Positions 39,852-49,694 of a stretch of DNA of 64,000 bases are shown piece by piece. The notes below the pieces were generated by a model. The model saw only the letters and a list, made by a program, of their open reading frames with translations. It made no database searches and was not told the origin of the DNA. Source of the stretch: a bacterium (GTDB taxonomy: Bacteria; UBA8248; JACPRG01; G963555815); NCBI GenBank assembly GCA_963555815.3, contig CAUVWX020000002.1, forward strand, positions 288,001-352,000, in the 5' to 3' direction. The translations under genes and the position numbers were made by a program. How positions within the stretch are numbered: the first letter of the stretch is position 1; each line of letters begins with the position of its first letter.

Positions 39852-40673
39852 TCAAGAGAAATTAGGCCGTTGGGGTTTTCTGGAGTCGCAGAGGTGAGCC
39901 CGGGCCGCCCGGATGAGCGCCCGCACCTTTTCCGGGTCCACAGGGGACTGAATTCCCCCGATTTGCTTCAGAGCCGTTCCCACAATGGCTCCATCGGCAA
40001 TTTCGAGAAGGGAGGGGAGGTTTTTCGCCGAGATACCGCTCCCGATAAGGACCGGGGCGCCCTCAGAGACCTCTTTGACGGCCCTGAGGAGGTTTCTGTC
40101 CACAGGATGCCCCGTTTCCCTGCCTGAGACGATGAGGGCGTCAGAAAGGCCTCGGGACAGGAGGTTTTTTGCCTCCTGGGCGGGGTCGGCCCAAACCAGG
40201 GGCGAGGCGTGCTTGACGGAGATGTCGGCGAAGACAAGGATTCGGCCTCTTCGCAGGCGAAGGGTCTCGTGGGACCTTCCCTGCAGGATCCCCTGGTCTG
40301 TGGCAAGGGCGCCCACGTGGACATTGACCCGGATAAAGGAGGCCCCTGAGGCCTCAGCGACGGCGAGGGCACCCCGAGCATCGTTTCGAAGGACGTTAAT
40401 CCCAAAGGGGAGCCCAAACCTTCGAAGGTGGGTCGCCGCCTCCGTCATGGCTGCCAGAGAGATGGCCTCAACCCGCCTTGGAAAGTAGGGGGCATCCCCG
40501 AGATTTTCTAAAAGCAGTCCGTCCATTCCCCCTTGTGCGAGATGTTTGGCGTCCTCTAAGGCCAACTGCAGGACTTTTTTGAAATTGCCCCCGTATCCAG
40601 GGCTCCCTGGAAGGGGGGCCAGGTGAACCATCCCGATGAGGGGTTTCTGGCGTCCGAAGAGGGCCTTGAGCAT
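39852..40673 (-). CDS. BtpA/SgcQ family TIM-barrel protein
   Basis: 'IGMVHL.PLPGSP', 'ENLGDAP', 'GINVLRND', 'ADISVKHA', 'DGAIVGT'. Confidence 0.92.
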   Translation of the reverse strand: MLKALFGRQKPLIGMVHLAPLPGSPGYGGNFKKVLQLALEDAKHLAQGGMDGLLLENLGDAPYFPRRVEAISLAAMTEAATHLRRFGLPFGINVLRNDARGALAVAEASGASFIRVNVHVGALATDQGILQGRSHETLRLRRGRILVFADISVKHASPLVWADPAQEAKNLLSRGLSDALIVSGRETGHPVDRNLLRAVKEVSEGAPVLIGSGISAKNLPSLLEIADGAIVGTALKQIGGIQSPVDPEKVRALIRAARAHLCDSRKPQRPNFS

Positions 40674-40791
40674 TATATTTGTCCCCTCCCCTTCTGCGCA
40701 GGAAAAGACGTACCCAGGAAGTCCGGGAATTGCCTGGGCGAGATTGCCCGGATATGATAACGGAGACGCCTTTGTTAGGAGAGGTGATTTA

Positions 40792-41988
40792 ATGAAGCCT
40801 CAAAAGACTCCTACCCTTTCGCCGGATGTGCAGGCTGTCTTCAAAGAGACAGTGAAGATCCGGCGAGACCTCCATCAACACCCAGAGCTCGGCTATCAGG
40901 AAGTCCGGACGTCAGCCAGGGTGGCGGAAATTTTAGAGGCCCTTGGTCTTGAGGTCAAGACAGGGGTCTCCAAGACAGGCGTGGTCGGTCTCCTTCAAGG
41001 AGAGCAGCCCGGAAAGACGATCCTCCTTCGGGCGGACATGGACGCGCTCCCCGTTCAGGAGGAGAATGAAACTTCCTATGCCTCGCAGAACCCCGGCGTG
41101 ATGCACGCCTGCGGCCATGACGGTCATACCTCAATGCTCCTCATGGCGGCGAAGGTCCTCACACAACGAAGAGGCCGCCTGAGGGGCAACGTCAAGTTCA
41201 TTTTTCAGCCCGCCGAAGAGGGTCCGGGGGGGGCAAAACCCATGATCGAGGCCGGGGTCTTGAACGACCCCCCCGTTGAGGCCGCCCTGGGCATCCATCT
41301 TTGGAATGACCTTCTCCTCGGGCAGATCGGCGTTCAGGCGGGCCCCATCATGGCCAACACGGACCAGTTCGAAATCATCATTCGAGGCAAGGGGGGCCAC
41401 GGCGCAAAACCTCAAGCGGCCGTTGACCCCATTGTGGCAGCCGCCCATGTGATCACGGCCCTTCAGACCCTCATCAGCCGCGAGCGGGATCCCCTGAAGG
41501 CCGTCGTCCTCTCCATCGGGGCCATCCAAGGGGGGGAGGCCTTCAACGTGATCCCATCCGAGGTAAAACTCCTCGGCACCGTGCGTACCCTTTCAGCAGA
41601 TCTCTTTGAGGCGATGCCGGGGAGGATCAAGCGGGTGGTTCAGGGAACGACTGCCGCGCTCGGGGCTGAGGGGGAGGTCCGATACACCCGCCTCTACCCC
41701 TCGACGGTCAACGACGCCCGCATGGCCGGGCTGGTCGAGGGTGTCGCCGCGAAGCTGGTTGGGGAGGAGGGGATCGTTCGCCATTCGGCCACCATGGGGG
41801 GCGAGGACATGTCCTTTTTCCTGAATGAGGTCCCGGGCTGCTACTTCTTCATCGGATCTTCCAACCCCGATCGTTCCCTCGACTACCCCCACCACCACCC
41901 CAGATTCGACTTCGACGAGGCTGCCCTGGGCGTTGGGATCGAGATGCTGACCCGGACCGCCGAGGCCTACCTGAACGAGAAGAGTTAG
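40792..41988 (+). CDS. M20-family amidohydrolase
   Basis: 'RRDLHQHPELG', 'RADMDALP', 'MHACGHDGH', 'FQPAEEG', 'GEDMS', 'HHPRFDFDE'. Confidence 0.95.
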   Translation: MKPQKTPTLSPDVQAVFKETVKIRRDLHQHPELGYQEVRTSARVAEILEALGLEVKTGVSKTGVVGLLQGEQPGKTILLRADMDALPVQEENETSYASQNPGVMHACGHDGHTSMLLMAAKVLTQRRGRLRGNVKFIFQPAEEGPGGAKPMIEAGVLNDPPVEAALGIHLWNDLLLGQIGVQAGPIMANTDQFEIIIRGKGGHGAKPQAAVDPIVAAAHVITALQTLISRERDPLKAVVLSIGAIQGGEAFNVIPSEVKLLGTVRTLSADLFEAMPGRIKRVVQGTTAALGAEGEVRYTRLYPSTVNDARMAGLVEGVAAKLVGEEGIVRHSATMGGEDMSFFLNEVPGCYFFIGSSNPDRSLDYPHHHPRFDFDEAALGVGIEMLTRTAEAYLNEKS

Positions 41989-42067
41989 CCCGCTTCATCT
42001 GGGTGCGTGCTTGTCCCGCGCAATTTTTCCCCATGACTTCCGAAGTACAGACCGATAGGCCCTTTTC

Positions 42068-42526
42068 TTATCCCTTGCCTTCGGCGATGACGGCGATAGC
42101 CAGGGCACTGGTAATGGCGACAATCGCCCAGAACAGTAGCTCTAAAAATACCAGGGCAATCGGCTCGCCGAAGAGGTTGAAGGGTGTGAAGAATTCAAAG
42201 AAGGTGTAGGAGAGGAAGAACACAAGGAGAGCCATCCGCCACGCCTTTCGCACAACCCCATCCGGCCACGCAGGAGAGACCCATCTGTAAACAAAGCCTT
42301 GGCCGATGCCAAAGAGAACGAGCCCGATGGCAAACGTAATCGGATTCGTCACCGCCAGCGGCAGCGGGTCGATTTCAGTCCATACCGCAATCAGCTTGGG
42401 GCTTTGGATGGAGGGGTCCAGCAGGATCCCTCCGCCAAAAAACTGGAAGGTCAGAAACCCAAAAAGGTTCAACACCAACCCTCCGACAAAACCCGCGAGC
42501 AGTGTTCTGGAGACAGAACCCTTCAT
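42068..42526 (-). CDS. Hypothetical 4-TM membrane protein
   Basis: Four hydrophobic segments; ATG 42526 after a G-rich RBS; no recognised motif. Confidence 0.7.
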   Translation of the reverse strand: MKGSVSRTLLAGFVGGLVLNLFGFLTFQFFGGGILLDPSIQSPKLIAVWTEIDPLPLAVTNPITFAIGLVLFGIGQGFVYRWVSPAWPDGVVRKAWRMALLVFFLSYTFFEFFTPFNLFGEPIALVFLELLFWAIVAITSALAIAVIAEGKG

Positions 42527-42672
42527 GGTGATACCCCCCCCTTCTTTAGGGGACAAGGCGTCGTGAAAAAGCCCCTCCCCGTTTCCCCTTAAACCCCCAG
42601 ACTAGATTGATCCGCTAACCTCCATTAAGGTAGAGTTCCACTCCTCGGACGGGTCCCGTGGAAGGAGACGAA

Positions 42673-44358
42673 GTGGATGTTCTCGGGGTTTATTGTTTTG
42701 GCCAGCATGATTCCTCGGCGGCCCTCCTTCGAGACGGCCGGGTCTTTGCCGCCTGTGAGGAAGAGCGTTTCACGCGAAGAAAGTTTGACAACTGTTTTCC
42801 CGCGGAGTCCATCGCCTTCTGTCTTGGCCAGAACAGCATCGAGGTCAGGGACCTTGACGCGGTGGCATTTGGCTGGAATCCGCGCCTCCATCGGCTCGAC
42901 AAGGCCCTTCACATCCTGAAACATTTTCCCCGCTCGCTGCGGGTCCTCACCCGCTCCGGGCCGCGGCATCTCCGCCTGAACTCCTTCACACGACATTTTA
43001 GCAATAGGACTAATTTTAGGGGGCCCATTCATTTGGTCAACCACCATCTGGCCCATGCGGCAAGCGCCTTCTTTCTCTCCCCCTTCGAGGAGGCGGCGAT
43101 CCTGACCATTGACGGCGTGGGAGAGTGGGAGACCGTCTGGATGGGTCGAGGCCGGGGGGTGCGGCTGGAAAAAACAAGATCCCAGGGATGGCCCCATAGC
43201 CTGGGGAACGTGTACACGTCGGTCACTCAATATCTCGGTTTTCAGATGTACAGCGATGAATACAAGGTGATGGGGCTTGCTCCTTATGGGCGCCCCGCTT
43301 ATTTGGACCTGTTTCGGAAGATGGTGCCTTTGACAGACGGAGGCTTTGGCGTTGACACTTCTTATTTCGGCTACCACGTCGGAGAGGATCCGACCTATTC
43401 CAAAAAATTTATCCGGGAGCTCGGGCCTCCGCGAGAGCCTGAAGGGGAGATCCTCCCCCGACACCAGGACATCGCGGCCTCCCTTCAAGCGCGAACGGAG
43501 GAAATTCTTGTCCATCTTGCAAGGGAGGCCCTACAGCACACAAAGACAAAATATCTCTGTATGGCTGGGGGTGTCGCCCTAAACTCCGTCGCCGTCGGAA
43601 AGGTCATCGAGCTTGGCCTTGCCGAGGAAGTCTATGTTCCCCCCTGCGCCGGAGATGCGGGGGTCTCCCTCGGGGCAGCCCTCTACGTCGCCCACCATCT
43701 CAGCGGCCGGGAACGACAAGAACCTCTTCTGGACGCCCGTCTGGGCCCGGAGTGGTCGGATGAGATTATCCGGGAAACGCTGAAGGGGACAGGCCTCCTC
43801 TATCAGGAGTGGAGCGAGGGGGAGACGGCGGCCACACTAGCGGCAGGACAGGTGGTGGGGTGGTTTCAGGGTCGGATGGAGTTCGGTCAAAGGGCCCTCG
43901 GGGCCAGAAGCATCCTGGCAGACCCCCGCCGCCCGGAGATGAAAGATCTCATCAATGCCAAGGTTAAGTTTCGCGAAGCCTTTCGCCCCTTCGCACCCTC
44001 GGTTCCAGAGGAGCGGTTGGGCGAGTTCTTTCATGGGACGCAACCCTCTCCTTTCATGACCCAGGTATACCGGGTCCGGGAAGAAAGTCGCCCCCTCCTG
44101 CCGGCTGTCACCCACGTCGATGGGACGGCCCGCGTACAGACCGTCCGGCGGGACTTCGACCCCAAGTTCTGGTCTCTCCTTCAGGCCTTCGAGGCCCAGG
44201 CCGGCATTCCCGTCCTTCTCAACACCTCGTTCAACTTGAGGGGGGAGCCCATCGTCAACACTCCGGAAGAGGCGGTGAAGAGCTTTCTCAGGGCCAATCT
44301 GGATCTTCTCGTGATGGGACGCTGGGCGGCCCGAAAAGATCCCGAGACCCCTTTGTGA
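42673..44358 (+). CDS. NodU/CmcH-family O-carbamoyltransferase
   Basis: 'HDSSAAL', 'EEERFTRRK', 'HHLAHAASAF', 'DEYKVMGLAPYG', 'AGGVALN', 'EFGQRALGARS', 'HVDGTAR', 'NTSFN'. Confidence 0.95.
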   Translation: MDVLGVYCFGQHDSSAALLRDGRVFAACEEERFTRRKFDNCFPAESIAFCLGQNSIEVRDLDAVAFGWNPRLHRLDKALHILKHFPRSLRVLTRSGPRHLRLNSFTRHFSNRTNFRGPIHLVNHHLAHAASAFFLSPFEEAAILTIDGVGEWETVWMGRGRGVRLEKTRSQGWPHSLGNVYTSVTQYLGFQMYSDEYKVMGLAPYGRPAYLDLFRKMVPLTDGGFGVDTSYFGYHVGEDPTYSKKFIRELGPPREPEGEILPRHQDIAASLQARTEEILVHLAREALQHTKTKYLCMAGGVALNSVAVGKVIELGLAEEVYVPPCAGDAGVSLGAALYVAHHLSGRERQEPLLDARLGPEWSDEIIRETLKGTGLLYQEWSEGETAATLAAGQVVGWFQGRMEFGQRALGARSILADPRRPEMKDLINAKVKFREAFRPFAPSVPEERLGEFFHGTQPSPFMTQVYRVREESRPLLPAVTHVDGTARVQTVRRDFDPKFWSLLQAFEAQAGIPVLLNTSFNLRGEPIVNTPEEAVKSFLRANLDLLVMGRWAARKDPETPL

Positions 44359-44432
44359 AGAATTCTCCGCCCTCCCCTCTCCTGCCCAATCCGTTTTTTT
44401 CTCTTGCCCTTTCGGGCGTCCGGAATGGACGT

Positions 44433-44459
44433 AAAAAGGCCGATTCCGCCGTCGGCTTT
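44433..44459 (-). terminator. Intrinsic terminator downstream of the GT2 gene
   Basis: Minus strand reads AAAGCCGA-CGGCGGAA-TCGGCCTTTTT, in a convergent intergenic region. Confidence 0.6.
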
Positions 44460-44483
44460 CGCTGCGCCAAAGCACCTTAGTTA

Positions 44484-45248
44484 TCATTGTTGCCTACTCT
44501 GCCCACCGGGTTTTTTCTCTTTCCACAGACAGATCCTGAGCCGCACCAGATCTTGGAACGTCCTGATGATGCGAGGGATGATGCTGAGCGGAGGCGGGCG
44601 CATCTCCTCGACAATGACCGGGACCTCTGTCACCCTCCACCCGCTCGAGATCCCCCGCAGGATGAGCTCAGTATCAAAGATGTCTTGTTCAAAGCGGACC
44701 TTCTCGAGAAGGGTACGAACCGCCTGAGCCCTCCACAGCTTAATGCCATGAGTGTCATGGAAGGGGAAATTGAAAAGAAGGTGTAAAACCTTTTGGAACC
44801 CCCAGGTGATGAGGAGGCGGTTCCAGGGACGGCGGTCTTCAGAGCCCGGGATATTCTTGGCCGCGATGATCAGGTCATAGCGGTCCATAATCTCCAGGCC
44901 CTTTCTCGCGAACTCGACGTCCCAGTAATCCAGGTCGAAGTTGACGATGAATCGGCCTCGGGCTTGCCGAAACCCTTCGCGAAGCGCACGTCCGTAGTCA
45001 GCCTCGGGCAAGTTCAGGACTCGAATTTCAATCTTCCCGGTATGCTCTTCGGCGAGGGCTTTAGTCATGGCAGGAGTTTCGTCAGAGCTCCCATTTTCGA
45101 CCAGCAACAACTCCGCACGGACCTGTAGCTTCTTGTTGAGCTCGGCGAGGAGGGTCTCGGCAGTCCGGCGTAGGAGCTGCTCTTCGTTGTAAAGGGGGAT
45201 GACGACGGAAAGCTCGATGTCGCTGCCGGGGCCTTCAGCCAGATTCAA
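44484..45248 (-). CDS. GT2 glycosyltransferase (polyprenol-phosphate glycosyltransferase-like)
   Basis: 'SVVIPLYNEE', 'VENGSSD', 'YGRALREG', 'FDLD', 'DTHGIK', 'FDTELI'. Confidence 0.88.
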   Translation of the reverse strand: MNLAEGPGSDIELSVVIPLYNEEQLLRRTAETLLAELNKKLQVRAELLLVENGSSDETPAMTKALAEEHTGKIEIRVLNLPEADYGRALREGFRQARGRFIVNFDLDYWDVEFARKGLEIMDRYDLIIAAKNIPGSEDRRPWNRLLITWGFQKVLHLLFNFPFHDTHGIKLWRAQAVRTLLEKVRFEQDIFDTELILRGISSGWRVTEVPVIVEEMRPPPLSIIPRIIRTFQDLVRLRICLWKEKKPGGQSRQQ

Positions 45249-47699
45249 CTAACCGATGCCTCCTGACTCAGAACCATCATGAAGCCTCTTGGTTCGGCCC
45301 CTGCGCCGGGCCCAAAGGGATCCCCCCGCCAGGCCGAGACCGAAGAGGAAGCTCCCTAACGAGATTCCAAGACCCCACACAAAGGTTTGGGGGAGGAACC
45401 GGAACCGGACCTCGTGGACCCCCTCGGGCACTGGCACGGCGCGGAAAATATAATCGCCCGTCAGGAGCGGGGCCGGATGGCCGTCCACTTCGGCCCTCCA
45501 GCCGGGGTGGTAGCTGTCCGTGAGAACCAAGACACCCGGTTGATCTGTGTCCGTTTCTACCACGACCTCGTTAAGCCCGTAGTGGACTATTTCGGCCTGG
45601 GCCCGGGTGGCGAATCCTGTCGGACGATGCTCCGGCGGAAGGGGGGCATCCAGCAGAACGCGACGGCCAAAGTCGAATCCACTATCGGACATTCGGGCGA
45701 TGGCTTCTTGAGGACCCTTCGCCACTTCCGTCTCGTGGACGATGAAGGCGCGGGGGAGGACATCTCTGTTCTCGTAGATCCGCACCTCGCTCGAGTGGAC
45801 CAACCGGAACTGGTCGGGCCGGAGCAGATCGGACTCATCGTTTGAAAGGATCAGATATTTCACATTAAAGAGATTAAGCCACTTGAACCAGGTGGTGTTT
45901 CGGTACATGTCGAAACGATTTCGATAAAGGTTATCCAAACCGGCCAGATTCGAGCCCTCGATGCCACTGAAGAGTTGTGCATGACGGCTCCACATGAAAT
46001 TTGTCCAACCCCGGATATCAGATACCCCTCCCACCATAGCCGTGTTGGGGGCAAGAACGCGGGCAAACCAGCTGAAGGGCCCTGCAAAATCCTGAAAGGC
46101 GGTGATGCGAAAGAGACCCGGCTGGCTTTCGAGATAATCAAAAGCGGCGGTGCGGGGATACCATTGCTCCCGTGTGGGTAAGCGAAAGGGGAGCCGTGTC
46201 ACCACCATGAGGTCCACGGCCAGCAGACCGATGATAAGAACCCAGGCGGTCCGACGGGCCAGGGCGCCCCGGCTCCAAAGAAAGAGGCCCACCCCCGCGG
46301 CCGCCGTGACAGCAATGGCCATCATGGGGGAAACATTCCCCAGCAGACGCCCCAAAGGCCCCTCCCCTCCCAGAGAACTTCTCACGAAAGTCATTCCGAT
46401 AAGGAGGGCCAAGACGACGACAAGCGCCACGAGATAGCGTCTTCTCCGGCGCATCTCATCGCCACTCTCCAGGAGATGTTGCAGGCTCAAGGCCCCCAGG
46501 ACGGGAATGACTATGGTCGTCACCAGGGCCTGGTTATGATGTTGGAGGAAGGGGCGGATGATTGAGACGGGCAGAAGTTCGCCCCAGTTCAGAGTGACTA
46601 ACGTCACAAGAAACCGGCCCAACCCGGAGATGAGAAGAGAAGCGATGGCAACACTCAGATAGAGGCGGTAGGGTTGGCGCTGAACCCGTCCAAGGGAGAA
46701 CAGGATAACGATGAAGGTAAGAAAACCGAAGTAAAAGAGATTTCCCCCAAAAGCCCGCAAAATGAGGGGAGGACCGATAGGGAAGGCCAAATTGAGCCCC
46801 AGGTAGGCGAACTGCTTGGTCAGGGCTGGTCCGGTCGCATCCACCGCATCCAGGTCTATGGGATAGCCCGAAAGGAGGCGGGATGAAAGGAGATAGTTTT
46901 CGGCGGAAGGAAAAAGCTTCACCCCCGAGATTCCCAGGCATAGGACGAGGGCCAGAAGGGAGCCGGCGACAAAATGAAGTTTGAAGGATCCAGGCCAGCC
47001 CCGCCATCGCCGAAAGGCGATGCTCAGCCACAGGACCCCCATCAGGGTGTAGAGGACCGGCGTGTTGAACTCGAGTCCGCCAAGGAAAACAAGCGCCAGG
47101 GTTCCCCCGAGAAGGACAAAAGGCCAGTACCTAAAGGGTGGGTCCGCCGCGACATCCAGGGCCCAGAGGGCGAGGGGTATCCACATCAGCTCCTCAATGC
47201 TGAGGAGAAATGTCTGCTCGATTAGTTGGCCTGAGAACATAAATATGAGGGCCCCGGCTGAGGCGGCCCCTCGGCTTCGGGTTAAGCGAAAGAGATAAAG
47301 GTACATGAACAGGCCAGCCAGGAAGACCTGGAGAGCAACGTGCCAGTTGATGGCCGCGGGGAAGTCGAGAAGGGCGTATACGAAATTCGTTACGGCCAAA
47401 GTGTGCTTGTTCGAGCTGGCAAAGAAAGGCGTTCCGCCCAGGATGAGCGGGTTCCAGAGGGGGAACTCCCCACGGTCAAAGAGGGCTCGTGCGAGAAAGA
47501 TCTGGTTGGGGATGTAGAAAGTGGTGTTGTCCTGCTCGATGAGCTCTTCGATGTCCCGGTAAGGGCTGTACGCCTTCCAGGGATAGGATGAAAAGAGGGC
47601 TGGCCCGTCTGTCCACACCCGGTTCCCGAAGAGGGAATCGGAAAAATAGATCCCAGTCAGCCCTGCCAAGAGGATAACGACGAGAATATGGCGTTTCAT
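45249..47699 (-). CDS. YfhO-family multi-TM membrane protein (GT-C-like glycosyltransferase)
   Basis: 'PLWNP...GTPF', many TMs, 'NVKY', 'YENRDVLPRA', 'DSYHPGW.AEVDG', 'FRAVPVPEG.HEV.F.F.P'. Start taken as ATG 47699. Confidence 0.85.
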   Translation of the reverse strand: MKRHILVVILLAGLTGIYFSDSLFGNRVWTDGPALFSSYPWKAYSPYRDIEELIEQDNTTFYIPNQIFLARALFDRGEFPLWNPLILGGTPFFASSNKHTLAVTNFVYALLDFPAAINWHVALQVFLAGLFMYLYLFRLTRSRGAASAGALIFMFSGQLIEQTFLLSIEELMWIPLALWALDVAADPPFRYWPFVLLGGTLALVFLGGLEFNTPVLYTLMGVLWLSIAFRRWRGWPGSFKLHFVAGSLLALVLCLGISGVKLFPSAENYLLSSRLLSGYPIDLDAVDATGPALTKQFAYLGLNLAFPIGPPLILRAFGGNLFYFGFLTFIVILFSLGRVQRQPYRLYLSVAIASLLISGLGRFLVTLVTLNWGELLPVSIIRPFLQHHNQALVTTIVIPVLGALSLQHLLESGDEMRRRRRYLVALVVVLALLIGMTFVRSSLGGEGPLGRLLGNVSPMMAIAVTAAAGVGLFLWSRGALARRTAWVLIIGLLAVDLMVVTRLPFRLPTREQWYPRTAAFDYLESQPGLFRITAFQDFAGPFSWFARVLAPNTAMVGGVSDIRGWTNFMWSRHAQLFSGIEGSNLAGLDNLYRNRFDMYRNTTWFKWLNLFNVKYLILSNDESDLLRPDQFRLVHSSEVRIYENRDVLPRAFIVHETEVAKGPQEAIARMSDSGFDFGRRVLLDAPLPPEHRPTGFATRAQAEIVHYGLNEVVVETDTDQPGVLVLTDSYHPGWRAEVDGHPAPLLTGDYIFRAVPVPEGVHEVRFRFLPQTFVWGLGISLGSFLFGLGLAGGSLWARRRGRTKRLHDGSESGGIG

Positions 47700-47727
47700 C
47701 CGAGGTTTCGTCCTCGGCGGATGTCTG

Positions 47728-48597
47728 TCACGGTTCCTGGACACATCTAAAGCCAACGGTGAAGTCGTGGGCAGGGGCTTTTTCGCTCCAGCGCCGGTCG
47801 GTGATGAGTAATCTGTTGAGCAGATTGATCCAGGATCCCCCTTTCTGAAGGGCCCACTCCCCTGGAGCCTGGGGAGGGCCCCGCTTCAGGTCCGGGACTC
47901 GAACGCCCCAGGCCCCTGGGGTGGGTCGCCTGTTCCGGTCCAGAACTCCTACCTGGTAGCCCTCACTCACCCATTCGGACACGTTTCCGGCCATCTGGTA
48001 GATACCGTAAGGGCTCACTCCGTCCGGAAAGGCGGTGATCGGGGCGGTATAGTGATAGCCGTCGGCCTTGAAGTCGGTCGTGAAGTAGTCCTGCCCGACT
48101 CTCAAGACAGGGTTGAAATTGGCCCGGTCAGTGGAATTCGGATAAGAGATCTCCGGGGCGCTTCCCCACGGGAGGGTCCATAACTCATCGCCTCGCGCGG
48201 CCTTCTCCCATTCGGCCTCCGTAGGAAGACGTTTACCGGCCCAGGCACAGTAGGCGCTGACATCGTCGAAGGAGACCCCCACCACAGGGTGCTCCGGGTC
48301 ATCGAACCGAAGGTCCTTCCAAAAGCGCGGCTCCTGGCGGCCTGTGTCCTTCAGAAAGATGTCGTATAAGCGGTTTGAAACTTCGTACTTATCGATGTAA
48401 AAGCCCGTCCTTAGTCCGGGGTCAGAGAGAGTGAATGTACTGGAAATTCGAAGGGGTCCCGGTGCGACCCACACCATGGGCGCCCCGTCGCGGGCCTGGA
48501 TCTCCCGCGGGCCTTGGGCGGAGGTCGGCTCTCGAAACACCAGGGGGATGGATAAAGTGACTATTCCCGCCATAAAGAGAAGGAGGGGGACTTTCAT
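47728..48597 (-). CDS. Exported FGE-sulfatase (SUMF1/EgtB/PvdO-like) domain protein
   Basis: Signal peptide; 'FYIDKYEVSN', 'HPVVGVS', 'KRLPTEAEWEKAARG', 'MAGNVSEW', 'GGSW', 'GFRC'. Confidence 0.9.
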   Translation of the reverse strand: MKVPLLLFMAGIVTLSIPLVFREPTSAQGPREIQARDGAPMVWVAPGPLRISSTFTLSDPGLRTGFYIDKYEVSNRLYDIFLKDTGRQEPRFWKDLRFDDPEHPVVGVSFDDVSAYCAWAGKRLPTEAEWEKAARGDELWTLPWGSAPEISYPNSTDRANFNPVLRVGQDYFTTDFKADGYHYTAPITAFPDGVSPYGIYQMAGNVSEWVSEGYQVGVLDRNRRPTPGAWGVRVPDLKRGPPQAPGEWALQKGGSWINLLNRLLITDRRWSEKAPAHDFTVGFRCVQEP

Positions 48598-48765
48598 GGA
48601 GAACGGGTCTCCTCTCCTTTGACGATTCGCTCCACGGGTTCGTCCACCCGGTCTCCCTCAAAGAGGCCTCATCGTGCGTGCATCTTAGCATGAGGGGATG
48701 CGCAGGATGAGGTGCCCATCAGACTCTATGAGCTTCGAGGGTTTTTTGTAAGGGACCGGGCGTTT

Positions 48766-49680
48766 TCAAAAGATTCCCTTCTCTCGAAGCAGGGAGATCC
48801 CATCCAAGACTTCTTCTTCCTTCGCCTGGCGGTGAACCTCCAGGACCCGGAGGGTGTCGGGCGAGAGATGGCTTGCCAGAAGGTCGTAGTCGGCGTCCCC
48901 TTGGCCCGGGGCGATGTGGTCGGCGTATCCTTTTGCATCATGAATGTGAAGGCCGATGAGGTGGGGCCCAAGGACCTGAAGGACCTCCGCCATGCGGGCG
49001 AGGCCCAGGTTCTCATGGACGGTGCCGTGGCCTACGTCGTGCCAGTATCCAAAATTTCCCCCATCGAAGTCCTTGAGGATCTGTGCGGTCTCTTCATAAG
49101 TCGGGTAGTCTTCCAGATAAATGCGGTTCTCGATGCCGAGGAGGATCCCCAGGGCCTCCGCTTGGCGTGTTAGGGCCTCAAGACTGAAGTAGACGGCGTC
49201 TTGGACTGCCTCCCCCGCCCGGGTCCGCTCGGCCTTAATCTCCGAGATTTTCTCGACTCCCTCCTGGGTTTCAATTCGGTCGCGGTCAAAGAGGGCCTGA
49301 AGGAGCTTGTTTGGAGGCTTCACGGAGGTGGTCCCCAGGTGAAGCACAACGGCCTTTGCTTCGAGATCGGCCGCCAGTTCCAGGGTCCGCCGGGAGAGCT
49401 CCAGGGCAACGTCGCGCTCCTCGGCGTCCGAGGAGGAAAAGAGGGGCTCTGGGCGGGCCTCCTCTCCGGGCCGAAGCCTAGGGGCGAATTTGGGGCAGTA
49501 GTTGTGCACGCTGGTGGTTAGGATGGAGTGGTCGCGAAGGGAGGGGAGGATCTCTCCCAAGAGGGGTTTGGTGACGGAATTGGAGATTTCGATGGCCTGA
49601 AAGCCAAAACGTTTCACCTCATCGAGGATAAGCGCCCCGCTCTTCTCATCACGCCAGTAAGCAGTAGAGATACCGATCAT
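48766..49680 (-). CDS. Sugar phosphate isomerase/epimerase (xylose isomerase-like TIM barrel)
   Basis: 'SVHNY', 'GIENR', 'WHDVGH', 'LHIHD', 'DHIAPGQG', 'VLEV'. Confidence 0.85.
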   Translation of the reverse strand: MIGISTAYWRDEKSGALILDEVKRFGFQAIEISNSVTKPLLGEILPSLRDHSILTTSVHNYCPKFAPRLRPGEEARPEPLFSSSDAEERDVALELSRRTLELAADLEAKAVVLHLGTTSVKPPNKLLQALFDRDRIETQEGVEKISEIKAERTRAGEAVQDAVYFSLEALTRQAEALGILLGIENRIYLEDYPTYEETAQILKDFDGGNFGYWHDVGHGTVHENLGLARMAEVLQVLGPHLIGLHIHDAKGYADHIAPGQGDADYDLLASHLSPDTLRVLEVHRQAKEEEVLDGISLLREKGIF

Positions 49681-49694
49681 CTAATCACCCCCAG

